From NCBI GenBank assembly GCA_000165425.1, contig CT868008.1, positions 372,001-436,000 of the forward strand: a stretch of DNA of 64,000 nucleotides, written 5' to 3'. Shown here piece by piece: positions 28,120-42,507 of the stretch. The notes under the pieces are model-generated. The model did no database searches, was not told the origin of the DNA, and worked only from the letters and a program-made list of their open reading frames with translations. Each line of letters starts with the position of its first letter. Within the stretch, counting starts at the first letter, position 1. Source of the stretch: Paramecium tetraurelia. Taxonomy: Eukaryota. The position numbers and the translations under genes were made by a program.

Positions 28120-29920
28120 ATGAATAAATCAGAATTTTTAAATTATAAGAAAAATTTGAAGATTAGAGAATAGTCGTCATCTAATACTCTTTGGTTAGTT
28201 ATTTATGTCTGCCTTATTTATTTGCTTTTTGGATCCTTTAACATTTGTGGTAAATTTTTTCTAACTTGCACATACATCTATTCATTTTCAGATAGCATTT
28301 CAATCTTAAACTATCGTTCCTTAAATTTGGCAAACTTTCAGTAATTCAATTTTTAAAGATAACATAGATGGTTTCTATTTGAAATGGTCGGACCATTGAG
28401 TCTTCCTTTAATACCTGATATTATTGGCAGAATGAAATTCAAGTTTATTTTCCTAATTGCGTCACTTGGACCGATAATATTTTTGACCCCTGCTTTGTAT
28501 GCAAGTATTTGTAAAGACTCAAACAATTCAGGTTGCAACATATTGTTCATATATTGTTGTGCATTTGTAGTTTCGATAATTGCTGGTTTAATGTAATCTT
28601 TACTTTTATTTGTTATGTTATTCTACCTATCTAATTTAGCAAAAAGTAGAGAAAAAGTTATATATTATGGTTCATTTTTTTTTATGTAATCGATGGTCCT
28701 ATTTAAATAGACATTCTCTTTAATGGCTACTTGGAAGTTTAATAGGGGAGATTTTCATAACCTATGATAATATGAGTGCAAATAATACCATATCTAAAGT
28801 CTTTGGAATCATTATAATAATGCAATTCTCAACAAGTTTAATCTATCTTACTATCCCAGAGAAATCTAATGGAAGATACTATAGCTTTTAGAAAACATTA
28901 ATTCATTTCTTTAATTAGAAATCACAAAAACAATCAAAATTAGATACTAATTAGCAAGACATCAGAGAACTATTACTAAAATCATCGAGTTCAGATTATA
29001 ATGATGATTCAAACAATACATTTAATGATACTGAATAAAGTGATAAAATTTCAACTCAATCTGAAAAATAGCAAAATGACTTACATCTATTTACATCCAA
29101 ACTCTTGTAAAACTCCAATACAAAGTCAATCCTGACCTTATAATGCTTCTCAATTGAAGAAAGAAGCTTAATTGAGCTCTTAGAATCTTCATAAGACAAT
29201 TAATTTTGCTCAAATTTTATATCTATAGATGAATATCAAAATCGATCTTACTTTTCAAAACTTTACATTACGTTAGATAAACTATACAAGGATGGTTTCT
29301 CATGGGTTCTCTTCTTATTATGTTTTATTGCCAGCATTTAATCATTTTTGTATATTTATTTCTTCCCTTTTTTTGCTTAACCAGATACTAAATAATTAGC
29401 AAATTAAGCTGCCTTAGTTTTATAAGGGTATTTATATGTTGGTGTTGGGGAATTGTTTGGTTCATTTGGAATAGGAATGCTTGGAGAATCTAAAGATAAG
29501 ATAAAGTAATTTACATTTAAATTGTAGTGCTCTAATTTATATACTTTATGTATTCTAATTTGGATGCTTTGTAGCTTGGACTTCTTATTTCTTGAAATAT
29601 GAAATATTAATCTTAGTATTCTCTATCACAACAGGATTTTGTGATTCATCAATGACCTCTACTGTTATTTCAGTCTTGACTTTGAGATTTCCTAAAGTAA
29701 TAACATATTGTTATAATAGTATATTTATTTAGTGGACCTGATGTACTTTATTTATTCCTTATCATTTGCAGTCCTAGCTTTTATATTTATATCTTGCAAT
29801 TTTGATAACAATACTTTTCTATCCTTAATTTTACTCTAAACTTTTGGCTTTCTAGGGCTACTTGCAGTTTATAAAATCAATCACTTAATTGAAAATAATT
29901 AAATTAAAGTAGTTTAATGA
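28120..29920 (+). CDS. MFS-fold membrane protein, UNC-93-like
   Basis: Two hydrophobic multi-TM halves separated by a long hydrophilic loop (~28860-29280), e.g. PDIIGRMKFKFIFLIASLG and YVGVGELFGSFGIGMLGE. Several short introns. Confidence 0.7.
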
Positions 29921-30174
29921 TTTATTATTAATAAATAATATCTATTAAATTCTCTTACAAGATATATTTAATTGTAATTCATAATTTAAAAACAGTTATT
30001 CTCATACTCTAAATTGTAATATCATTTATTCTCAACACATATATAATAGAGGAAATCTTTAATAATAAATTAGTCGTAAATAATTGATATTATAATTTCA
30101 TGATTAAGACTTTAAAATTAATAAGTACTCTATATTTATAATATTATATATTATTATAATAAGTTAAATACAAA

Positions 30175-30884
30175 TCATTTTTATTTCTTTTTCAATTAGG
30201 AGTTGATAACAGAGGCCAATTTAACCATTTCACTTGTATAAGCAGAACTAATTTAATTAACATTTAACTGGGCATTTTCTAATTTGTTTCTCATGTTCAT
30301 AATTTCGTGTAGAGGTATCATACTGGTAATCCTTGAAAAACTATAAAAAATCCTTACGGCTTCTAAGCAAAAGATGATTTTTCTTGGACCTCAGTTTCAA
30401 ATCGAACTGGATATATTTTTCTATCCTCACTTATTGGTCCATTGAACTATTAATTGTTATTAACAGATGCAAGTCTCATTTGTTTTTATGGCAATGTAAA
30501 ATTAAAGGTCCCTATCTTAGAAATTCTATTATTTTCTTAATAGATTACTACTATTGAATGCCTGAAGCTCTAGTTGGAGAACCGTGATCAACTTTTGATT
30601 TTAATGGCGAAGCACTTTTTTTATTTGAAAATTCCTTTAATTTAGTTTGTAATAAATCAAAACTTGGATTTCTATTACTCACTATATTCAATACACAATT
30701 TTATTATTCTTTTTAGGAGATGAGGGTTAAGTATGTTAAGATGCTACAGGCGATTTTCCATATAAATCATTTAGTTTTTCTCTGTATATTTTGATATTAA
30801 ACTCCTCAAGGGGCTTGCATGGAACAGTCTTATCTTACTTTCAAAAATGATGCAAATTTTTACTAAGTTGATGTAGCGAGACAT
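30175..30884 (-). CDS. Hypothetical low-complexity protein
   Basis: ATG 30884, early 25-nt intron, Ser/Pro/basic-rich frame. Internal exon structure is uncertain. Confidence 0.45.
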
Positions 30885-31844
30885 TGTTATTATTTATGAA
30901 TAAATTTTATTTAATTACTTTACTGTTATAAAATAAACTCTTTCTCATAAAGATATCATTTAATCAATTTATTCCCTTTTTCTCCAAATTCACTAAGATT
31001 GGCTCCATATTTATTAATTGTTTATCGATCTACATATAAATTGTCACCAATTTGAAATTCAATTATATTCGATTTATTAAATACTTATTATTTTGGTATG
31101 AAACAAAATTTTTTATAAGTCTTTTTAATTTAAGTAAAAATATAATTCAATAAATCCTATTTACTTATCTCTGATAATTTTTAATTCTATTAAAATGAAC
31201 AAGTGAGTTGCTTTCCTAAGCTCACTAAATCTTATTAACCATAACCTTTTATTTTGAATAGAATGACATGTGATTATAATTTATCTATTGGTTTGCCTAT
31301 TATTCAATGGATAATTTAAAGAAAGACTTCCATATTTATTCATTATCTATATCTCAAATAAATTTTGTTGAATAATAATAATACTAACTTTATTTAAATT
31401 AAGCTCCCCTTAAAAATATAACTCATCCAAGCCGCATTTAAATAGTAAGAATACAAATAAACATATTCAAGTTAAGATCATATAAATAATATCCTTGTAT
31501 AATTAATTATGATTGAATCGATATATTTAAAGCATATTTATTAAATTTATTTAAATATAATTGAAAACTATTTGATTTTATTAGAGATTATGCAATATTT
31601 ATTAATCTATTGTGTTATAATTAGGAAAATGTGGAAAGTAATTAATTTATAAAATTTGTCATTCATCTTCTTTCAATTTTGAATTAATTTAGATTTAATT
31701 GAAAAAAATAAAATTGACTTCTAACCCCCTTTGTATTATTAAGTAGTATTGTAAGAGTATTTGTAGATAGTTATTTTCACATTCTCTCAAATTTTATAGT
31801 ATATCACTATAGCTTTATTAATCGCTTCATTTTTATTAAAATTA

Positions 31845-34823
31845 ATGAATTATGCTTCATAATTAGACTATTATCTATTTAGGGTTAAACTAAGATTGTT
31901 CAACAATAATTTTTAGAGCTAATAGGATTTATTAGGTTTTTCTTTCATTCGCGGATGGTAATAGTATATGTGGCAATTGAATTTCTTTTGTAATGTACTT
32001 GTCGCTAGCTCATCATATTGATTTGATATGAGTAGAGTATTCATTTGAAATTGCTATTGGATTGATGCAAGTTGCTCTTCCATTTAACATTTAACATTTA
32101 ATTAATTTATTTAATGCAACTTCCAACTTTTGGAGAAGTGTTTTTAACAACAGATGATGTTCAGGGAGGTTTGGAGAACTTGAAGCTGTTTAAGGGAAAA
32201 CTAATTAGCAGTTTATGTGGTGGTTGTAGGAAATTGTTTGTAATTGAAGAAGGATTAGATAATCAAGGGTATGAATGTAATTATATGTAGGATAATATCA
32301 ACATTGCATTCACCTGAGCATGACGAGTATGATTAAACATTTTCACAAGATTCACATAATTTATAATCATTTGATTTCAAAGGATCAATCAAAACAATAG
32401 TGACTGGGAAAAAGCATACAGTTTTCTTAAGTGATTAAGGAGATATTTATAGTTATGGTTATGGAGAATATGGAGCATTGGGACATGGTGGAATAATAGA
32501 GTTACCAATACCTAAGAAGATTATACGAATTTCAAAGGTTGATACAATTGCTTGTGGCGAGTATCATACTTTAGCATTAAGTAATGGAGATTTATTTGCA
32601 TGGGGAAGAGGGTTTGAAGGATAATTAGGAATTAGAAAGGACGTTGAAACAGCAGCATCTCCTATGTTTTTAAGTTACTTTTATAAGAACAAAATTTAAT
32701 TGATTGCATGTGGAGCCTATCATTCACTGGCTGTAGATTAATAAGGAGCATTGTATGGTTGGGGAGAGGCTAGATTTGGTTAATTGGGAACAGGTAGAAA
32801 GGTTTCTGAACAATTGCCATCTAGAATAGACTTCCCGCCTGAGTAGCCAATGAATTAGAGTGAGTTAAGAGTAGGTAAATTCTTGCCTTAAGAAACTTCC
32901 TTTTAAGTAGTTTCTATTTCAGGGGGATATGGACATTCTGCAGCTGTTACATCTACAGGGGAATTATATACTTGGGGGTTTAATCAGAGAGGACAATTGG
33001 GAAATGGAGATAAAGATAAGAAGAGTAGTTATTATCCAAAAAGATTAATGCAAGATATCAGTGGAATTTAATTGCCTGGTTTTAATAAGGTTATGTGTGG
33101 ATATTACACTACATATGCTATTGATCAAAAAGGAGGTCTTTGGAGTTGGGGTGGAGGTAATCTTGGTCATCAAAATGATAAATTAGTAGATTTACCAAGA
33201 AAAATAGTATTAGAGGATCGCAAATTCACTAACATGTATGCAAATGGATAAGCTGCAGCCTTCTTTGCTTCTTTAAGAACAATCTCTATGAAACCTAATC
33301 ATGGACCTTCTACTGGAGGCACCATTATTAGTTTGATTGGTACAGGATTCTGTGATACTGGCAGATAAAGTGCAAGATTCAAATTAGGTGATTAATATAC
33401 TGAGGTTGGATGTGAATATGATTCTTTAACTGACAGTTTCAGATGTACAACTCCAAATTTTGAAGAACATCTTGATAAATATCCAGTTGAATGTGTAGTC
33501 GAGGTCACTCTTGATGGTAATGTGTATGTTGAATGTGAGTAGAAGTTTCTAGTGTATTCATCCAAAATTGTTATTTCTTCACTCTAACCTAAATGTGCAT
33601 CCATCTAAGGAGGAACAACACTCATTATCAATATCAATATAGATGATCTGACTGCCTCCTATATGAAACATTTGAATGTTGGATTTCAACCAAGAAATAA
33701 GAAGAAGGAAGATAAATCCGCTATGAAATAAAGCACTAACAAACCATTGAATCCTTTGGATCTCAGTATCAATGATCCTGAATTAGATAAAGAAAACTGG
33801 ATGTGTGTTGAAGGCTTTTATGAAAAGGGAAAGATCTCTTGTACTATCCCTAATGTAAGTTAATTACAAACAGACAGTCTTAACTTTAATGTCGATGTAA
33901 GTATCAATGGATAATAATTTACTGGAAACCCTATGGTCTTTAGATTTTATGATATTTAAATAAAGGAATTACAACCAGATAATGTTATGTCTGAAGGAGG
34001 AGCTTCTGTTAAAATTATAGGTGATGGCTTTTTTGATACAACCAATAAAAGAGTGATCTTTAAAACTCTATTTGGAGAAAGACTCATTGAAATCATGTGG
34101 GATAAGCAAGATAGGTTTTATTCCTTTGTTGCTCCTCCTTTATCATGGCTCTTAGGTGGATAACAACCTACTCCAGAGTTGCTTAATGCTGTTAAAGCCA
34201 ATGGAGTCACTGCTTTATTAACACTTTCTGGTATTGAATGGATACCCATTGGAACATTCTATTACATTGATCCAGAAGTCTTGCGTCTTGGTCCTTTCGT
34301 TGTTGATGAGAAATTACCAGAAGAATAGAAGAAATTATTAATTCATTAAGAAGAATAGGAGGTCGACCATTTAAAGGATTTACAAGGAGCTGATTTATAA
34401 AAGAAGAAAGATGAAGTCTAGAAATAGTTGGAGGCTGAAGAATAAGAAATCAATTACTTCTTCAAGAAGGCTGGTCATTATTTGAGTGTCTATGGAGAAA
34501 ATCTAGCCAATACTGAATCTCTTTTAGTTTAATTCATTTTCAACGGCAACATGGCTGTTAATTAAAAGGTACAAAATATTATTTATTAAAAGGCTATATT
34601 CAAAAATAAAAGCAAATTAGTAGTATAAATTCCTGAATTAGAGTTGCCGACAGGAATCCATGACGTTGGTGTGGAAATTACATTCAATGGCACCTCATTT
34701 AGTCATTCTGGAAAAGTATTTAAATATATGGCATTTGATAAATCGTTGAATGAACAGTAGAAATTAAAGTTGGAAGACGAGGAAATTAAGAAATTAAAAA
34801 AAACATAACCTAAAAAGAAATGA
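31845..34823 (+). CDS. RCC1-repeat plus IPT/TIG domain protein
   Basis: RCC1 repeats ([62 protein letters not shown]), then IPT/TIG-like units ([50 protein letters not shown]). Start approximate. Confidence 0.88.
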
Positions 34824-34953
34824 TTATTATATATTTGATCAAAATAATGAGATATGTTTTAAATAATATTTTATTAATTGAATATAAATAAAAACAAGAA
34901 AATAAGACCAAAATATTTAGACATCTCTGATCCAATCAATTTTTAATTATTAA

Positions 34954-36453
34954 ATGTATTCAACCTACAAGCACATCTTTAAACAAATGAATGATATTAT
35001 GCAGGATCCCATCATTAATGAATTTTTATCAGTGAAATAGATTGAAGACAATATTCCTGACAGAAAGAACATTATCAAGTTTGGATTGATACTCAAATAA
35101 TTAGATTAGTTTATGAAAGAGCAAATGGTCATTGAATAAAAAATAAAAGGCAAATTATTGGCCATCATCAAATATGACAAGTCTTTTCCTAAATTTGTGA
35201 ATTTCATCTAAATAATTAATGATGAGTATACTATTGAATTTTCATAAGCACATCTTGATGAACTAAGTCATATCACTGACAGTCATACTGACGACTTGTA
35301 CACCTTATAAGATATCATATACGAAGTTGTAAAAAGAATTAAAACCAGAGTCAATATGGAGCATCTCAAATATTTGCTCGATTAATAAATTTAGCATTCA
35401 ATATCAACTAAACTCTATCAAATTAATCAGCCTCCAACATTAATCTATTTGTTATAGCACAACGAGAGAATAGTCTTCATTTTAATTGCTGTTTGTAATC
35501 AAGAGCAGATTCCCTTGCCTTGCTTCATTAATTGTTTGTATTTGACTGGAGATCAGATGAAATTGAGAATAGATTAGAATCTAGAAAGAACCATATTGTC
35601 AATTGTGTAAGTAAAAAAGGTGGCTGAAGAATTGGGTTATAACAATGTATCATTAGCAGAACAAGGACTTCTAGAACTCAAATTACAATATTATAAGTAG
35701 TATTTAGAGATACCTGAATAAGATTTAATCGATTCAACATTATCCGTTCTTGTAATGAAAGGAATAGAAGTAAATTAAGTGCAAATAAGAAATTTGTTGA
35801 CTCAAACGTTGAAAATTTAGAATTGTCCTTAAATCAATCGATTGAAAACTCTATTTAATCAATTATTAGAGACATCATAACAAATGACAGAGAGAAGACA
35901 ATAAAATAGAAATCTCAAAGTCAATATTGTTATTGTCTTGAAATAAGTTATTTTGAAAATGATAAAGGATAAAACAGGATTCCCATAAATTATAAATTTG
36001 ATGAAATTAAGAAATGGAAACCTTAAATTTGATGCAACTGATACAGTGCTAAGGAAATACTTTTAATATATTTAAAAACCACTTGTTGAACTTTATAGTG
36101 TTACTAGTTTCACTCAATTAAACAACTTTTGTAGAACTTCAGTATTAAATCCAACAGAATAGTGTGAGGCTGAAATAATTGAGAAAATGCTTGAATTAGT
36201 GTATTAGGAGCGTTCAAAATATTTGGTTGAGTTAAAGAGTATTTTTGAGGAGTCAAAATAAACTAATAACAGTTTACTTATGATACTCAGTATTTGTCAA
36301 GAGAAATCAAATAAGCCTATTGAAAAATCGGACAAAATTGAGATTCTGTTTTAGATAAAAGTGTTGATAGAATAATTGTTGTCGTATACAGAAAAAAACA
36401 AAATAATTGAATTGGATAGTGATGAAGAGTTAAAGAAATTATAGAAGATATGA
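34954..36453 (+). CDS. Hypothetical alpha-helical protein (~499 aa, apparently intronless)
   Basis: 1500-nt table-6 frame from ATG 34954 to TGA 36451-36453, L/I/Q/E-rich. Confidence 0.7.
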
Positions 36454-36605
36454 TATGATCACTCATTGCGATTGAATTATAATTTATATAAATATTTTAT
36501 TTACAGCAAATTTATAATATCAATATAAAAATCATTAAATTAATTTGTTAGGAAGAGCATAATTACACATCTGCGAATTAAAATAAATAGATTAGGATTA
36601 GGATT

Positions 36606-38441
36606 ATGAGAAAAGCTTATGAATAAGATTATATTAATAATTAAAATGCTGGGTTATTATAATAGGATGAAGATGATTAGCATTATGGTTAAAAAAAGTC
36701 TATTAATTACATAAGACCAAGACCATTCCCACATGAAAATAACAGGGAATGTAAGCTAGATGTAGTATGTCATGAAAATGAATGAAGAATTTTATAAAAG
36801 TTATGCTGTTAAGAATGTGCACATTTTGTTCATCCAAATCATAAAACTGATAGTTTAGATTGGTATATTAATCACATAAGAGAAAAGATTAAGCGTAGAC
36901 ATGGAGTGCAATAAACTACAACTCATGAAATCTCGATATTGAAGAGTGAACAAAGGAAAAAGAGGATGAAATATATGAAATACATAATCAAATAATTGAA
37001 AAAGGTTGAAAAAGAGTGTAGATCTATAGAAGATACAACAGAATCGAAGATCAAGATCAAGTTGAGTTCCACCTCAAGAAAGGAGGCATTTGATAAAATG
37101 ATAAGACTACTAAAACTTGTGAGACATCAGAATTTAGATTAATTTAAATAACATCATTAAGAATTTTTGGTTAAAGATGAAGTTGATTAATAAATGGCAC
37201 TTCAATACAATGAAGAAAGAGAAAGGAATTACAAAGGCAGATAAGTGAAATTGTGGATTAATTCTTTTTAGCAGATGAAAGAGAAAGATAAAAATTACAA
37301 CAAAATTAATCCTTATAAACATAATAATAAGAAGAAATAAAGGCATTGAGATTGACAGGTGATCTATGGGAAAGAAATATGAATAAACTAGCTGGTGCTT
37401 TGAAGCGTTTTTCAAAACGCATGTTATCACAAAGTAAAATGAGTATTCGACCAAATTCTTCTACTCATAACATTGTCCTGGTTGAAGTTGATTTAGCAAC
37501 AAATGAAGATGATCCAACATAAACTCCTAAGATCTTATAAATTTTACCATTAAATGCTGAAAACTTGATTACAGTGCATCCTAATGAAATTAAATTATGG
37601 AAATATAGTAAATGTTATTTAGAATTTAAACCAATTGCTCCTTTGCCTTTTTTAAAATTAAAATATGTATGTGTTGCAGATAAGAAAGATGAATTTGTGG
37701 TTCTGTTTGGTGATAATTCTATTATGTCTATTTCAAGTAAGAGCATGAATTCTAAAAATAAACAATTCATATGTCCTAAATAAGGTATGACACTCTATAG
37801 AATACTAATTAGTCCATGTTAAAACTTTTTAATTGCATCAGGAGGATGTAAATAAAATTGCTTTTATGTGATAATTTGGCATTTTAATGAGATATTAATA
37901 TTCATTTCCAAATGAGGGTGATTTATTGATGAGTGAGACCAATCAGCATATATTTAGATGCAATAAAAATAAAATTGATGTTTTTGGTTTAATAGATGGA
38001 GTCAAAAAGTAGACGTTATAGCTATAAAATGTAAGAGATTGTATAGAATAAGCAACAATTTTACACAACTTTTAGGAATAAGATACCTTGTGTGTTAGTA
38101 CTAATAGAGGATTTTATGTATATACTTATGATGATAATGTTGTTGAGAATAATTATAAATTAGTATATAGCTTTTCTCAAACTTGCCATTGCATTTTCCA
38201 TGAATTCTATTAATATGGTTTGGAAGAAGAAGGGTTTATGCTTGTCGTTTTAGAGAATAATGAAACAAAAGTTAAATTTTAAGATTTGAATAATAAAATA
38301 CTTTTATAAGGAATACAATTTGATGATTAAATATTAACAGGCAAATTGATATTTTAAAGAGAATTTTAGAATCAACAATTGGTATTGTTATTAGGGTTTG
38401 AGAGTGGGAAGATGAGAGTGTTAAAATTTATTAAGAAATGA
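36606..38441 (+). pseudogene. Disrupted zinc-finger / coiled-coil / beta-propeller-like gene
   Basis: In-frame TGA at 36783-36785 inside a Cys/His motif. Two frame changes (~37215 and ~37890-37915) are not explained by canonical short introns. Confidence 0.65.
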
Positions 38442-38463
38442 TTATTTATAATATAATAATATA

Positions 38464-39812
38464 TCATGACTTTAGATATTTATATATTTGTGACTTGAGT
38501 TCTTAAACAACTTCCTTTTTGCAACGATTATCATAATGTTATTCTTGCTCTTTGTATTAATCACAAAAATATCGAAAAATTTGTTAAGCATATTATGATG
38601 ATTCATCTCCTCTCTACAACAAAATTATGCAATAGTTCAAATAGATCAAATAGTCTCTAATCAATAATCAATACTGCATTATACTTTTCTTTATCAAGCT
38701 CCAAGGCTCTCTCAAATGATCGGCATGCATTCTGGAAATCATTCAATTTATTTAAGGCTATTCCTAAATACATATATGATTAGGAATCATCTGGATTTAA
38801 AGTAATTGCAGTTTAAAAGTAATGAAATGCTGACATATATTATTTTTCATATAGATGTACTAAACCCATATTAAAGTGGATTGTAGACTCAAAAGGATCA
38901 TAATAAATTGCCCTTTTCAAACTAATTATTGCTGGAAGAATTTCCTGTTTCCCATAATAACACATGGCAATATTATTCCAAACTTATGCTGATGTCGGAT
39001 GTATTGCTATTAGCTTTCTGTAATATACAAGAGCCTCATCATAGCTTTCTTGATCCTGCATTATTGACCCTAGACCCAGCAATGCTAAATTATATATGCA
39101 TATATACACTTTGTATCGGTTGCAGTAACGCTTTCTAAATACCTCTTGGCTTCTTGAGTTTAACCCATCCTCAAAAGCAATACACCAAGCAATGCCTTAA
39201 GTTCATTATTTTGTGGTTATGAATTTAGAGCAGTCTTATAAACTGCTAAGGCTTCATCGTACTTTTCCAAGGACAAGTAAAATTTTCCTAATCGATTATA
39301 GGTTGTTTCATTAATTGAGAGTTCAAATGCCCTTTTATAATTTATAAGTGCTTTATCAAAATCTTTTTAGGCATAATAGCAATTTCCAATAGTATAAAAT
39401 ACTTCCCAATCATTCTTTTTCAAATTTAATGCCTTCTAAGCAACATCTAAACTAATCTTGAATCTACCATCTGCATATTACAGATACTAATACCTAATTG
39501 TAAGTTCTTTGCAATAGTTTTTAGGACTTCTTGATCTTATTCATTAAATGATAAAAACTTCTTGAATGTCTCAGTTGATTTGGAAAGCTACCCAGTCATC
39601 TTAAAAATATATCCTTATATCTAGTTTGCATATTCATGAATATCTCCATGTTCTTAAGTTAGTTTTTCAATTAATTCTTAAGCTGATTTGAAATCCCTAA
39701 TCACAAAATAATTATAAAGCAATTAATTATGTTTGTATCTATTTATGATTCTCTGTGGTTTTTTTAGTATTAAAGATTCTTAAACTTACTAAACCTATCC
39801 TTCCTAATTCAT
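38464..39812 (-). CDS. BBS4: Bardet-Biedl syndrome 4 protein (BBSome TPR subunit)
   Basis: TPR array colinear with BBS4 as recalled: NQLLYNYFVIRDF, KNDWEVFYTIGNCY, VWNNIAMCYYGKQ, AIISLKRAIYYDPFE, FNMGLVHL..QYMSAFHYF, YMYLGIALNKLND and YLNYCIILL. Confidence 0.88.
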
Positions 39813-40813
39813 AAAGTATATTATATATATATATATATTTATATTCTCAAGAATAATTATATAGTAAATATTAATTGTTTGATAATTTAACCAAAACAAG
39901 TTTATTAGTCAGTCAGTTTCATCCAAAAATAATATATCAATGTTAATCAATTAAAATATTAACACCAAGTAGCTATCTTTTCAGGCTAATTAGGATAATT
40001 AGCTAATTCTCCTGTTGTAAAACTGTAAAAATTTGAGGGTTAACCTATCAAAATATTTCTATATTAATTAACGCTAAATAATATTTTTAAATTAAGACAA
40101 TATCGAATTAGGTTAGAAGCTTTTTAAACTGACTATTAAAAGAGGTTATTCTACAAAAATTGTAATTAACTATATTACAATTAACGATAAATAAATTAAA
40201 AATTTTATCATGCTTTTTTTTTATCAAAATACTATGATAGTAATTTAAAAAAGGAAGCCATTGAGTCTAACCTATTCCAAATTTTATAAAGAAATTCAAA
40301 AAAAAAAATAGTGAAGTAAAATTTACATCTATTTGAATTATAACTACATTTCTTGATTTCTGAGAATTGATTTTCTGATTAAGAACATATAATCGTTTGA
40401 AGGCATACGTTAGAAGTAAGCAAGGACTTTGAGAAGACAAATCTTTGAAATTAAATTTATGTTTATTCATTTATAGAAAAGTGGTTTTTAAAAAATTTGT
40501 TTTTTTTAATTCTATATTTCAGACATATTTAGGCACTGAAATTGCGAAATTTGGTGAAAAAAGCATATAATATTAAGTTAAAGAGTTTTTGTCATTTTAT
40601 TATACAAATACCATATTTTAATTAAATTTCAATAATTAATAATCATACGGTTTATTTGTTCAAGTAATATATTAATATGACCATAAAGACTTAACAAACA
40701 TGAAGTTAAGAACCATAAAACTGTTAAATTGTATTTGGATATCACACTGAAAGAGTGAGATGTTATTTCATCATAAATAAAACTCGAAGATATTAAATAA
40801 ATCAATTTAAAAA

Positions 40814-41329
40814 TCATATTGGAAAAGATTTGATAAATGAGAACAGATCGCTTACTTGGCCGATGAAATTTTCTAAAATTACTTTGTATTCTTCTTCAAT
40901 GCCAACATTCTGTAATTAAACACTTAATTCGTGATAATTGCTTTAAGAATTCTTATTTTTCTTCGGAGCTTCATGGGAAACATAAAAGAGACTTCTAAAT
41001 AATGATGATAAATAATACTTAGGATCGAAGATTTCATTTTCTCTGTCTCTTAAGTGAGTATAGTATCTATTTTTCAATTCATGTTTAGATCTTTTCGGAA
41101 AATTTCTTGCAATTGCTTCAAACCTCTTTCCAATCCTAATCACTTGCAAAAGAAGTAATTAATCCTCCTCTAAAGTAAATTGTTTGGCCTTTTATTTTTT
41201 ATGAATTGGTTTCTTTTTTAGTTGAAGATTTGGCTTTTTATCTTATTTTCGACACCCACAAGTTAAAGATTCATCGTTTTTGTTTAGTATTAAAATGTCT
41301 GTTTCTGAATTATTTGTTTCTGAATGCAT
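40814..41329 (-). CDS. Single-repeat Myb-like protein
   Basis: FTLEEDQLLLLQVIRIGKRFEAIARNFPKRSKHELKNRYYTHL in a 516-nt intronless frame. Confidence 0.85.
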
Positions 41330-42507
41330 TGATTTCAAATTAAATTAATTAAAGTTCTTCAGATAAATATTATTGCTATATAGATAAGTTGTTATGTTAT
41401 AGATTTAAATTTACATTAATATAATTTATTTCAAAGTAAATTTTATAAGAAATTTGGCATCATATAAAATTAGATTTCTAGTGCTGAATGGTGGATGTTT
41501 AGTTAAATAGATTGTAAATTGCTGATATTTCAATAAATAATAAAGAAATATTAATTTAGATATCCTTTTTTCATACATAAACAAAAATAAGAGTTAATGA
41601 ATCTTCGCTGTTGTTTTTAACATGAAAAAGTACTGTAGCTGATGAATGGCATTTTATATAAAATATGATATTCTTAAATTTATTTTTAATAAATATAAAA
41701 ATAAAATATTAAAAATATTTAACTTTATTTAAAACAATGAATAGCCAAAAGGTAAAAGAATATATAATTCAGGTTAATTTATGTTTGAATAGTTTAGTAA
41801 ATTGCTTTCTGATAATATACTTAAAATAAGTTTATTTTTATCTCATTTCATTTATGCTATAAAGTTTTTTTGATTAAATGGCGCTAAAATCATATTGGAG
41901 GATAATGCTTTAATATATATATTGAAATCAAAACTCTATATCTTCCAAAATTAATCAAAACTATAAATAGCTTCTAAATTCATTTATAGTAATATATTAT
42001 AAACAATAAATTCTGAATAAAAATTGCATAAAATAAAATTATTATGACACAGTATTTTATCAAGTAAATTGATACATTATATATTCTAATGGATTAAATC
42101 TAAATTGAAATCAATATTTTAGATTATAATTGTTAAGATTTCCTAGAAAATATTGAAAATTTTATATTTATATATTTCAATATTGAAATTATAAGTTAAA
42201 AAATTTTATCAATTAAAATGATTTAGTTTTGTAATTTATTAGCAATATAAATGCCTGAATCTAAAATTATTAAATTTCATTTCATAAGAGAATTTCCCTA
42301 TATGATGATGAGGTAAGTAACTAAATAAATAAAAATTAGTGGAAGTGAAATATTATTCTATTTTAAAAATTCGACACTTGAGGATATTCAGATTAAAAAT
42401 TCATATCATATATATAGAGGGGGTATATAAATTCAAAATTTTGGTAATATATGTGAATAAAAACAAACAATTTGTTATATTATATTGAAATTAATTATAT
42501 AAAAGAA

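Noticed and set aside
40267..40817. Two minus-strand standard-code ORFs (40267-40470, 40629-40817)
   Set aside because: AT-rich intergenic composition with no recognisable domain.
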